From a virus: DNA of 64,000 bases. The notes beneath the pieces were generated by a model. That model saw only the letters and a list, made by a program, of their open reading frames with translations, made no database searches and was not told the DNA's origin. A program made the translations under genes and the position numbers. This document shows, piece by piece, positions 37,588 to 48,400 of this stretch (position 1 is its first letter; the number at the start of each line of letters is the position of its first letter). The stretch covers positions 1 to 64,000 of IMG/VR virus record IMGVR_UViG_3300034101_004323; one strand, written 5' to 3'.

Positions 37588-37908
37588 ATGAAAGTATTTT
37601 ATAAGGCTAGTGATAAACTAACTTTTGAATTAGAGTCGGCGGGACAAAAAGAGCTTTTTAAAGATCTTGCTCTGATTCAAGAAATTTTTAGTGAAGAAAA
37701 ATGCGGAATGTGTGGAAGCACAAATTTAAGATTTGTGGTAAGAAATGTTGATGGCAATGATTACTACGAAATTAGATGTGCTGACTGTGGTGCCTTATTA
37801 ACATTTGGCCAACACAAAAAGGGTGGCACACTATTTCCAAAGAGAAAAGATGATGACGGTAATTGGCTAGCAAATAAAGGCTGGCATAAATACCAGAAAA
37901 AAGACTGA
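37588..37908 (+). CDS. Zinc-ribbon hypothetical protein
   Basis: CGMC...CADC. Confidence 0.7.
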   Translation: MKVFYKASDKLTFELESAGQKELFKDLALIQEIFSEEKCGMCGSTNLRFVVRNVDGNDYYEIRCADCGALLTFGQHKKGGTLFPKRKDDDGNWLANKGWHKYQKKD

Positions 37909-38283
37909 TTACCATTTTGCTATTGGACAAGACTCGCTTTCACTAGCGAGCTTGTTCATATAGTTTCTATCTCTTGTAATATTACAACCACATTTTGTAC
38001 AGGTATTATTCTTTAAGAATTCGCAAGATAAGCATAAAGAATATCTCTGCTCAATTAATTCTAAAGAGCTATTTGGAATCATAGACTGAATAGCCGCAGG
38101 AATATCTTTTATATCTTTTTTTAATGGACTTCTACAAGGAAACAAAGGTGGTTCATTACCATCATTAAAAGAAACTTTGTTCCCGCATTTTGAACATTCA
38201 TAGATATTATCTATTTTTACAAAATTACAAAATATATCAGCCATATTATCAATTAAAATCATATGGTATCCAGTATCCTTCAT
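37909..38283 (-). CDS. Cys-rich small protein (DUF6171-like)
   Basis: RYSLCLSCEF...CTKCGC...CPIAKW; real start may be ATG at about 38244. Confidence 0.7.
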   Translation of the reverse strand: MKDTGYHMILIDNMADIFCNFVKIDNIYECSKCGNKVSFNDGNEPPLFPCRSPLKKDIKDIPAAIQSMIPNSSLELIEQRYSLCLSCEFLKNNTCTKCGCNITRDRNYMNKLASESESCPIAKW

Positions 38284-41200
38284 CTTTGGACTGAACTGTT
38301 TCTCTGCCTTGATATTCTAATCCATCCACACTACCAAAATAAGTTCTAAATAGCATTTCATTAAGCCAATAGTAATATGGACTATAAGGCTGTACATACT
38401 GCCCTGTTTTAGAGTCAATACATTTCCAAATCCTAAATGAACCATCTATTGGTCCACCAGGAGCAGGATATATACTCTTGCTTAATGCTCCAACATCATT
38501 TGGTTCGTACATATCAAATTGAGTATCTTTATTCCTTAATAGTCTTGGTATTCTTTTAAAATCAACATGTAGTTTTTCTATGTCATCTAAATTAAATATA
38601 TTATAGATTTTATTCTTAACATTTCCATCTGGCTCTACATCTGGTTGAGATGGTCCTATTGGACAGATATAACTATAGGTTGCTGTTATACCTTGTGCCC
38701 TCTCTGAGCCATGGAAATTTAGAAAGAACGTTCGTTCTACTACATAATTTATATCATTATTTTCTGGCCATTTTAAATTGGGATATTTTGCTTTTGTATC
38801 TTCTATTATTTTTTTTGATAGTTCGTAAGTTTGATCTGTCCCAATATTTCGAAGTGATTCATCGTCTCCAGAAATAATATCTGGAACAGTGGTATCTAAA
38901 CATACGCTATCAGCATTAAGACTCTTCATATCATTATACTGTAAACATACAAACTGAACCTTTTTTAATATTTTTATGGTTCTGTCTTTATCTATAGAAC
39001 ATCCTTGCTCAGGATCTATATTAATCCAGTATAAATTATTGTTTTCTTTTTCAGTAATAATTAATGATTCATCATCATTTTTGTTAATATTGATAGAGAT
39101 ATTAGGTATCGAACTCATGTTTTCGGATGGGGCTATATTATCAAGATAATATTGAATATTATTTTGTTCTGAATATAATATTTGTAAATCCTGAGCTGCT
39201 GCTTCTTTTTCTGATACTGGCTTATCAAAGTCTAAAAAATATTTTTTTGATAAATTTTTTGATTCTTTAATTTTATTCTTAATAAGATCATTTAATTTAT
39301 TAAGTCTATCTCTTAGATCAGATTTTTTAATTTTACTATCTTTATCTATTTTAATTATTTTTACAGGACTAATATCCTTGTCGAAAGATATGGTTCCTCT
39401 ATCAGATAATAAATCATTTTCGTTAAATAAAACATCAATTTCTGTCATGTACCCATAAGATTTATTTTCATAAACAGAATTGTCAATATTGGATAAGAAT
39501 GGATCAGCTAATACTTTTAAATTATTATCTGCATATAATTTATTATCATATTTATTTATATTATTATTCATATTATCTAATGTATAGATAAAAGCACATC
39601 CAGCAGTTGTGCCATTTGTTACTGGTTGAGTTTGATGAGCATAATATAATTCTGATGAAAATGAATTATAATCTATAGTAGAATTTTTATTATAATGAAT
39701 TCTATCAATCAATGGGATTATCTTACTATTAATATCTGGTTGAGATAACATATATCTGGTAGTAATATTAGAACCATATCCGTAGTTACTAACACCCCAA
39801 GCCGATTCTTTAATGTCCTGTGACGAATGAATATCGTGATCACTAGAATGATTATTTAATGACCAAAAATTTAATGGTAGTGTTGATTTTCCATCAATAC
39901 TTGTTTTATTATCTAAAATAAGAATTCTTTTACTTTTTTCTGGAGAAACAGATATAATATTCCCAGTTGGACTATCTCTAAAAATAACTATAGTTTTATA
40001 TGTACCAGAATCAAAAACATATCCAATATTTGTAATATAATTATTCTTAATATCATATGACATCAAAAAAATTTCATTTTCTAGATTTTTAAGTTCATCC
40101 TCATCGATTCCAAACTGGAGTTTCTTGAGTTCTTTTAGCTTATTAAATCTATCTTTTAATTTATCCATTTTTATATTGTCTATATCAGCTGGTTTTTTTT
40201 CTGTTAAGATAACAATATCATGATTATCTTGAAAAAAATAATAAGGCCTAAGCCCATCCATAACATACAATCTCTTCTCTGTAATAAGAGTATCAAAGTC
40301 ATTATCACTTTTAGATAAATTAAAAATATTATTATGTTTTATATATGAATCAGAATAAAATAAATCTTTAAAATTATTAATCGTTCTTTCACCACTAATT
40401 ATTCTAACTTGTTTTCTGTCCTTATTGCCAAATTCTTGATAAATATCTGATTGTTCTAGTTTTCCTCTTATGTTTTTAATATTTGTTTTAATTTTATTTA
40501 GTTTTGTTTCCTCGTCTTTTGTTAAGGTTGCTTTTGCAGATAATCTGGAATCCTCTTCCAACATGGAATCTGAATCGAATGGACTAACCCCAGTTTCTGT
40601 GTCATTCATATACAAAGACTTAATATAAGAATTATAAATAATCTTAATAAAATTATCTTCATTTATTAGATTAATTTTAAAAATAGATAAATCTCTTAAA
40701 TAACTATTATAATGTAGTTTATAAAATTGATGTTTATGTTTTTTCATAATAACAGAATTATTATATCTAAATATAGACGCTTCTGTTTTATAGAATAATT
40801 CGTTATCTTTTGATACGCTAAGAAGTATTTTATCTGATGATCCTACTGGATATTTGTCGTAATTAGGAACGTACCAAGCTCTATTAAAAATATCCTTTTG
40901 TCTTTCTTGTCTTAAAGAATGTAAATAGTTTGCTATTTGTCTAGTTTGTTCATTCATTGCCATTTCTACGCCTGGTAAAGCAGCTACAGCACCAAGAATA
41001 CTAGGTGGGAGCATTAATATCAGTGGAAATATTACAAACGGTAGAGGTTGAGAAAATTTTGGAACATTTAAACTTTCCTTTGAATACCTACAAAGTCTAC
41101 CATCTATAGTATATAGATTTGGGGCATTTATAACCGATGGAGGTAAAAGATGCAATTTGTCTGTTAGATCTGCAATAAAACTATATCCAGGAATAGATGG

Positions 41201-44200
41201 ATTATCATCTTCATATTTAATATTTCCTAAAGAATCACCAGGAATAAATCCATTACTATTATCTGTTCTGTGTATAATTAACTCCCAATTACATAGACTA
41301 TTTTCTACTAAATTTGATCTATTTTTAGTTACACAAGCATTATAGCCTATAAGCTCTTGTGTAGATAAAATCCTGTCATATGGCTCAAATGGATCGCTTT
41401 CATCAACAACTGCCACACACAACCTGAATGTTGTTTCAGAAGAATTTCCAGCTTTATTTACTGCCGACGGACTTTGGGAAAATATTGGCATACCAGCAAT
41501 TTTTTGAAATCTATGACTATTATTCAATAGTTTATTTTCTATCATAATTTTTTTATATGCGGATACCTGACCATCATCATATCCAGCTGCTGATAATGTA
41601 GGAGCTAAATCTATTGTATTATTAATTTTATCTGAAATATTATTATTTATATATAATGTAGAATCTATATTATTATTAGATGAATTATTAAATAAATCTA
41701 AAAGATCTGAAAATTTAATATTTATATTATATTCATAATTTTCAATATGATCTTGATTTAATAAGTATATTCTATAAGTAGAACTTCTTGGAATTTTTGG
41801 ATCACCACTAAAATTTTCTAATGTTTTGGAAGTATCTAAAGGAATATTATCATTCATATTCCATAATGATGATATATATTGTTTTATATGTTTGTTACTT
41901 TTTCCAAAACCATCATCCTCTTCTTCTGGTAGTAATCCAAAATCTCTATATTTATCATAATATGATCCTTTAAACCATGGATCTTTTGGCGGTGGAGATT
42001 TTCTTTCTCCTTCTCCTTCTTCAGATGACGGTGGATTTAATCGGTCTGCAGCCAATCCACAACTGTCTATTTCTAGCCAAACCACAAGATTTTTGGGATT
42101 CACATAATTTAAAAAATTAAGCTTAACCTCTATGTTAGATATGCTGCCTCCACCTTGTCTTCTCCATCTTAATCTTTTTGTAGATTCTCTATCTTTAAAA
42201 GGAATAAAAGATCCTGGTCTTGTGAATATATAAGAAGAAGAATAGTTTGATTCTTCTACAGTAATATCAGAGCAGTAGTTATCAGACGATACCGGGGCAT
42301 CATCTATTATTGGAAAATCTATCTTAAATTCATCATTATAATTTAACATCTTTAGATCTATATTTCCACCAACACTTCTATATCCATAATTATCTATATG
42401 GTCGCTAACTTCTCTTTGATCCACAATTTCTGGATTTTTATTCTCTTCTTCTCCAACAGGATCATAAGCTTCTGGATCAACGCTCAAAGTTATTGAACTC
42501 TTATATATTTTTGATTTTCCATCTTCAAAATCGTTCTTTAAATCATATAATCCTGGTCCTTTGAAAATTTGCACAGCTCTATTATATGGATCAAAATTAA
42601 CAACAGAAGATAAATTTTTGAATCTTAAATAGGCAGGACTATTAGAACCAATCCATCCATGAAACGGATGAAAACACCCTTTACTAAATTCTATAGAAGA
42701 ATTTAATGGTAATTCAGTATCATGACATAATTGAGTAACTTTACCATCTTTTTCATTTTTGGGACCGCTAAAAAAGTCATTTGATGCTGTAATTTCTGGT
42801 AAATATGAATTTACGGCAGGATGAAAAGGTATGTCTATTCCTAATTGAGATAATTGTTGTTTTGAAAATCCTCCATATGATTTAACAGCAAATCTTTTTG
42901 TTTTTAATCCATCAGGGGCGCTAATATTTACCATTTTATCATTATCCGAAGGATCCATAAAAATAAATCCTCCAGCATCTGATCCGCCATCCACAATAAA
43001 ACCTCTGTTATCTAAAATTCCTTCATATAAAGATTCACAGCCATTATATTCAGGACCAAATAAAGCCGCGTCAGCCGGATTGCTACTAAAAGGAGGAGCA
43101 TTTTTTGATTGGTCTGTTTCATGACTATTTAAATTTGTTAATATTATACGATTTAATTCAATTGTTGTATTATTACAATTATAATCGATGCTAAAATCTA
43201 CATTACCATGTACTATAGCTTTTTTTCCATCTTTATCAGATGTCATAGGCATAGAAAATTTATGATAATTATTACCTAATGGAATTACTGCCGGAGGTAA
43301 ACTATTTCCAGGCCCTGGCGGAGCATCAGGATTTGCTAATCCTTGAGGAACCTTAACAGAGCAGTCTGTGTAAGAAGGCCAAAAAACTCCCTGTTTACCG
43401 ATATAACATTCTCTAATATTTGGAACCATAATTGAAAGATTATTCTTTGCTTGTATATATTGAACAGAGGCTGGCCTTAGTCTTTCTTTTTGTTCTTTTC
43501 TGGAATATGAGACTATAACTTTTCCAGTGTCTATAATTTTTCCATTAGCATATATAGTTACGGTATCATATATTATACCAAATGACGTTCTAACTCTAAC
43601 TTCTAAAATATATTTTCCTGGGGATTTAATAAAAACAGTTGGTGATTCATCTGTGGAAGTTTCGTATCTTACTGATGGTTGTTTTGGGTCTAAGAATCTT
43701 AAACAGTCTGGACCAGATATTTTTCTCCATAGAACATCTGGTTGTTCTGACCCTATGATGCTTGTATCATATTTAGCATTATAGTCTATTGCGGCAGTTT
43801 CAAATGAGTATTCTATTTCTTTTAAGGATTCTACATCTTGATTTCCAAAATCTATATCAATATCTGGACCGGCAGTTACTGGAATCCTGACATTTTTAAA
43901 TTTTGATTTTTCTATATCCCAAAGAGGAATCATGAACGACTCATTCCTCTTTAGTTTGTTATTAAGCTTTAATTTCGTACTAGCGGCACTAAACTCTGTT
44001 GAAATTAAAAATGGTCCTGAAGAAATACTCATATTATTATATACTGTTGTATTTTGTAGACCTTTTGAACATCGACTAGTCATTTCTTGATTAATTTTAA
44101 CATGTGGGCCATTAACTAATCCTGGTTTATATTTAAGCTCACTCTCATTTTCTAATATAAGTTTAGATCCATATTTAAAGATTAATCTATTAAATAGATC

Positions 44201-45433
44201 ATCTCTAGTTGTGACCAAACCATGAGAGTATGTATATTGATTATTAGTCATATAATCAGTAGATAATATATTTAATTTTTCGGTTATGCTTAATAATACA
44301 TCTTGTATTAATTTAATTTCATCATAAACAGATTTTGGTTTGCTGTTGATATATTTTAAAACATGAGATGCAGTATCGGGATTTCTCAGTATAGATACTG
44401 TTGTTCTATCTAATAGTGGATAAGTAGATAATATATGACATAGTTTTTTAAATAATTTTGATTGCAGAGGAGAAAAATTTGGTTGTGGTATACCACCATT
44501 AATATTTCTAGTATTATTATTCCATGATAATGTATGATATACCTCTCTATAAATATTGGATAATGTTGGAGATATATAAGAAGATGAACACATATAATCT
44601 TGAGAACTAGCATCTTTCATTTGCGGAGATTTGAAATAGCTATATGTATCGCCATCTGGTATCCATAAACATAATTCTGGAGTCTCTTCAATAATACGAC
44701 TAGTTGGGTTTATTACAAATTTTATATTTTCTTTTTTAAGTTTTTTATCAGAATTAAGCATATCATCAATTTTAATATATTTATATTGAGCAGATGGCAA
44801 AAAAGTATCATACTGTAGATTCTTTATAATGCTATTTATTTCTGATATTAAAAAAGTTTCAGAATCATATTTAATTAATGGTATATCTTGAATATTTATG
44901 TTTTGATTATTTATTTTTACAGAAGCTGGACCAGAAGATAAGCGTACTGTGCTTCCTATAGGAATTTCTTCTATTGATAAAGGCTTATTGACAATTGAAT
45001 TATATTTAAACCAAAACATCAATCCATAGACCGGATAAAAGGGGCACAGGTCCGGAGTTATTATCCAATCAGTAGACATATATGGAGATTCATTTATTTC
45101 CCAATTATGAAATTTTGGATCAAAAATATCAATCGCATTTTGTATTCCTAAGTTATCACTAAGAGTGGTTGTTCCTTTATACAATGTCATATCATTAATA
45201 CGACTATTAAATAAATTAACAAAAACAGGATACCAAACATCTGATTTTGTTTTATATATATTATTTTTAATAAAGTTTATTGTATTTACTAGATAAACCT
45301 CACTTGTAGATTCCTTATTAGATAAATCAGGATTACTATAAATTATTTTATCGCCATTACTAGAATCAAATTTATACGAATATAAATCGTCTAAAAAAGA
45401 CTTATCATAAATGACACAATTTTTATTCATCAA
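38249..45433 (-). CDS. 2394-aa virion/tail-associated protein
   Basis: Continuous ORF in the structural block; PKD/REJ-like segment (AGPD...WRKISGP...PGKYIL) and P-domain-like segment (ISNIEVKLN...NLVVWL...WELII). Confidence 0.7.
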   Translation of the reverse strand: MMNKNCVIYDKSFLDDLYSYKFDSSNGDKIIYSNPDLSNKESTSEVYLVNTINFIKNNIYKTKSDVWYPVFVNLFNSRINDMTLYKGTTTLSDNLGIQNAIDIFDPKFHNWEINESPYMSTDWIITPDLCPFYPVYGLMFWFKYNSIVNKPLSIEEIPIGSTVRLSSGPASVKINNQNINIQDIPLIKYDSETFLISEINSIIKNLQYDTFLPSAQYKYIKIDDMLNSDKKLKKENIKFVINPTSRIIEETPELCLWIPDGDTYSYFKSPQMKDASSQDYMCSSSYISPTLSNIYREVYHTLSWNNNTRNINGGIPQPNFSPLQSKLFKKLCHILSTYPLLDRTTVSILRNPDTASHVLKYINSKPKSVYDEIKLIQDVLLSITEKLNILSTDYMTNNQYTYSHGLVTTRDDLFNRLIFKYGSKLILENESELKYKPGLVNGPHVKINQEMTSRCSKGLQNTTVYNNMSISSGPFLISTEFSAASTKLKLNNKLKRNESFMIPLWDIEKSKFKNVRIPVTAGPDIDIDFGNQDVESLKEIEYSFETAAIDYNAKYDTSIIGSEQPDVLWRKISGPDCLRFLDPKQPSVRYETSTDESPTVFIKSPGKYILEVRVRTSFGIIYDTVTIYANGKIIDTGKVIVSYSRKEQKERLRPASVQYIQAKNNLSIMVPNIRECYIGKQGVFWPSYTDCSVKVPQGLANPDAPPGPGNSLPPAVIPLGNNYHKFSMPMTSDKDGKKAIVHGNVDFSIDYNCNNTTIELNRIILTNLNSHETDQSKNAPPFSSNPADAALFGPEYNGCESLYEGILDNRGFIVDGGSDAGGFIFMDPSDNDKMVNISAPDGLKTKRFAVKSYGGFSKQQLSQLGIDIPFHPAVNSYLPEITASNDFFSGPKNEKDGKVTQLCHDTELPLNSSIEFSKGCFHPFHGWIGSNSPAYLRFKNLSSVVNFDPYNRAVQIFKGPGLYDLKNDFEDGKSKIYKSSITLSVDPEAYDPVGEEENKNPEIVDQREVSDHIDNYGYRSVGGNIDLKMLNYNDEFKIDFPIIDDAPVSSDNYCSDITVEESNYSSSYIFTRPGSFIPFKDRESTKRLRWRRQGGGSISNIEVKLNFLNYVNPKNLVVWLEIDSCGLAADRLNPPSSEEGEGERKSPPPKDPWFKGSYYDKYRDFGLLPEEEDDGFGKSNKHIKQYISSLWNMNDNIPLDTSKTLENFSGDPKIPRSSTYRIYLLNQDHIENYEYNINIKFSDLLDLFNNSSNNNIDSTLYINNNISDKINNTIDLAPTLSAAGYDDGQVSAYKKIMIENKLLNNSHRFQKIAGMPIFSQSPSAVNKAGNSSETTFRLCVAVVDESDPFEPYDRILSTQELIGYNACVTKNRSNLVENSLCNWELIIHRTDNSNGFIPGDSLGNIKYEDDNPSIPGYSFIADLTDKLHLLPPSVINAPNLYTIDGRLCRYSKESLNVPKFSQPLPFVIFPLILMLPPSILGAVAALPGVEMAMNEQTRQIANYLHSLRQERQKDIFNRAWYVPNYDKYPVGSSDKILLSVSKDNELFYKTEASIFRYNNSVIMKKHKHQFYKLHYNSYLRDLSIFKINLINEDNFIKIIYNSYIKSLYMNDTETGVSPFDSDSMLEEDSRLSAKATLTKDEETKLNKIKTNIKNIRGKLEQSDIYQEFGNKDRKQVRIISGERTINNFKDLFYSDSYIKHNNIFNLSKSDNDFDTLITEKRLYVMDGLRPYYFFQDNHDIVILTEKKPADIDNIKMDKLKDRFNKLKELKKLQFGIDEDELKNLENEIFLMSYDIKNNYITNIGYVFDSGTYKTIVIFRDSPTGNIISVSPEKSKRILILDNKTSIDGKSTLPLNFWSLNNHSSDHDIHSSQDIKESAWGVSNYGYGSNITTRYMLSQPDINSKIIPLIDRIHYNKNSTIDYNSFSSELYYAHQTQPVTNGTTAGCAFIYTLDNMNNNINKYDNKLYADNNLKVLADPFLSNIDNSVYENKSYGYMTEIDVLFNENDLLSDRGTISFDKDISPVKIIKIDKDSKIKKSDLRDRLNKLNDLIKNKIKESKNLSKKYFLDFDKPVSEKEAAAQDLQILYSEQNNIQYYLDNIAPSENMSSIPNISININKNDDESLIITEKENNNLYWINIDPEQGCSIDKDRTIKILKKVQFVCLQYNDMKSLNADSVCLDTTVPDIISGDDESLRNIGTDQTYELSKKIIEDTKAKYPNLKWPENNDINYVVERTFFLNFHGSERAQGITATYSYICPIGPSQPDVEPDGNVKNKIYNIFNLDDIEKLHVDFKRIPRLLRNKDTQFDMYEPNDVGALSKSIYPAPGGPIDGSFRIWKCIDSKTGQYVQPYSPYYYWLNEMLFRTYFGSVDGLEYQGRETVQSKDEGYWIPYDFN

Positions 45434-48400
45434 TTAATTCCTACCTATAAGAATCCATTTTCCATTTTCAAACATAAACATTCCTGTATTCTTTGCTCCC
45501 GATATAGTAAAATTAAATCTAGTATTGTCAAATATTATAGGTATCCTTGGCGCATTTTCGGGTCTTCTTGATCCTTGTATATATGTTAATGATACTATTG
45601 CGCTATTATTTCCTGTAATTTGACCAAAAACAATAAAAGACTGCTTTGATACAGGCTCATAGAATCCTGAATTTGAATTATATCTGCATAATAATTTTGA
45701 TCCTCTTGGCGCTGTATATCCACTCTTATCTTTAACATAAATCAATCTTCTTATACCATAATCCATTGGCTGAACAGAATATTCTGCATCATCAATAAAA
45801 GCTCTTGTTGGATAGGTTTCAAATCCACCATCTGGTAAAATCATATCTTCTTCTAAAGTAATATATATCATCTTATATGGACATTTATTTTTAGCATTAG
45901 CTTTACCAATAAATGTATTTAATAAAGATATATCAGTCCCGCTAGCTACAACATATGGCGGAAGAATTTCTCCGTCACATCCTCCTCCACCACTAGCGGA
46001 CCATACTTTTCTATCATTATCCCATCTTACGTCTATAGGACCAACTGGCCACAGATCAGATCTTTCGGCCCAATTAAGATGAAAATATTTACTTTTTGTT
46101 TTAATCCATTCATTTCCTTCTTTTTTATAACCTTTTCCTATAATGTCTCCCAATAGTTTTCCCTTAGACGGAATAAATTCCCCATCCTTAGTATAGTCAT
46201 TTTGACCAGATGCATTTAATAGGAATCTCTTTGGTCTACCATATTTATCTATCTCAAGTGGTTCATCAGCAGCATTAGGAACAGGATATCCATCAGTATC
46301 ATATCCCCATCCGTGCATCATTAATGGTCCTCTTAATCCAAAAAATCTTTGATTTAATAGAATATTCTCATTAGTATTATATTTATATGTTAAATCGATA
46401 TCATAATAATCTTTATTTACAGCATTACTTAGGTTCATAACCTTCATTAATTCACTACTCTCTAGACCAGCTTGGGTTTCTCCTGATGGAACTTGTTGAA
46501 CAGCAAATTGACCAGTTATTGGATCGTATAAGCTTTGTATGTTTCTTGCAAGATCTAAACTTTCAAAATCTACAGGAGCATGTTCTGATCTTCCTATAAC
46601 AGATATGCTGTGTCTTGATCTTTCTCCGCTAGCAGACGGTTGAGAATTAGGATTTTTAAATTCTCCATGTGGCATAACAATCGGATTTAATGATAAGATA
46701 TTAATTTCTTGCGGCTGATCAGTATCTTCTCCAGATGGAAATACCAATTTTGATTTTGAACATAGTGGGCATGGGTAGTCTACTTCTTCTGCAATTTTAG
46801 AACCAGACGGAACAACTGAAATCTTATAATATCCTAATCCAGCACATTGTGGACAAATAATATTTTTTTTCTTTAATTCGTCAGTTATACATCTTGAGGA
46901 TAGAGAATATGTACTACCAAATAAAGTCGGATAGAATGATATTGGAGAGAAAAATCCATCCATACTCATGACTGCTTTGGAATCATACTCTTTGCTAAGT
47001 TCTGATAAAATTTCACTAGGCATATAAAGAGCGGTTCTTGTATTATGTCTTCTGAGTTCTCCTGATCCACCAGGATCTTTAGAAACAATATCTGTTTCCG
47101 GTATATAATGCATAGCCCTTCCTATAAAAACCTCGCCAGGACTTCTTCCATAAATTTTTGATTCAAAAGAAGATAAAGAGCTACCAGATCTTGTATTTGA
47201 AGAATTCTCCATAATTTTATTAATTTGATTTGATATTTTTTGTTCAAATTTTGATTGAGCATCACTTAATTTTTTTAACAGAGATATTCTAGATGTTGAG
47301 AATTGTTTAATTCTCTCTGCATTTTCTTTACTATATATACCTAATTTTTGTGAATATGTTCTAAAGCTATAATTTGTAGACACACCATTGGTAGAAGCAT
47401 AAGTAGAAATATTGCTTAATGTTAACCCCATATAATTATCTATATAGTTTTTTTGTAAAGAAACACAATTGAATCCATAGACTTTAGAAATTAAAGAAGC
47501 ATGAACATCATTATCTGTTACTCCCAAAACCATGCCTCCGCCAAGACCAAATAAAGGTGGTCCGTAAACAGACACTTGACCATTTTCCAATATTGGCTGA
47601 TAAGATAATTCAGAAGACATTGTATTTAGAACTAGTAAATCTAAAAATGATGTTCCTCCTGTTTGCCAAGGAACAAATTCCTCTCTTTTCTCCACCTTAG
47701 TGTCTCCTATTAACTGCTCGACAGCATTCGAAGAATCTATGATTCCAGGAAATACATTTGCTTGATTAGCTAAGCTCGGATAATTAGTCCATGGCCCATA
47801 ACAATATAAATTAGATTTTAATGGAATACCAGCAAATAGAGGATGAGCCATTTTTGCGCTAATCATTTCGTGTTTACTTGATTGGTTTGAAGTATCTCCT
47901 TCAGAAACTAAAAATCCATTGTCTAATATTGGTATACAATATGACAGTAAAACCTTTTTTAAATCAGCTGTTAATAATTTTTTCTTTTCTAATATAGCTA
48001 AATCCTCTATAGCTACATTAGCTATAACAGTTAAATTTGGATCTTTTGTATAAGAATAGCTACTACCCATCAATTCAATTCCTGGAGAATCTATTATAGC
48101 TCTGGGTCCAATTAAACTTGATGGATCAAAAAACGCAATATCGTCACAAGATGTGGTAATATATACTTTTCTTGATGGAGCAGAAAAGACTGATCGTTTA
48201 ACTTTATCATTACCGGATGATTGTTGTTGTTGTGATACTCCGCTAGATAATACTCCGGTTCTACCAAAAGGATCTTTTCTAACGTCAAACGTGTCTATCA
48301 ATAAATAATCTTGTCCAATTGAAGCTAAATTAATTGATGGAATAATTTTCTTTTCACAATTAATAGACGATCCTATTCTATTAGCCCATGCTTGATCGTA

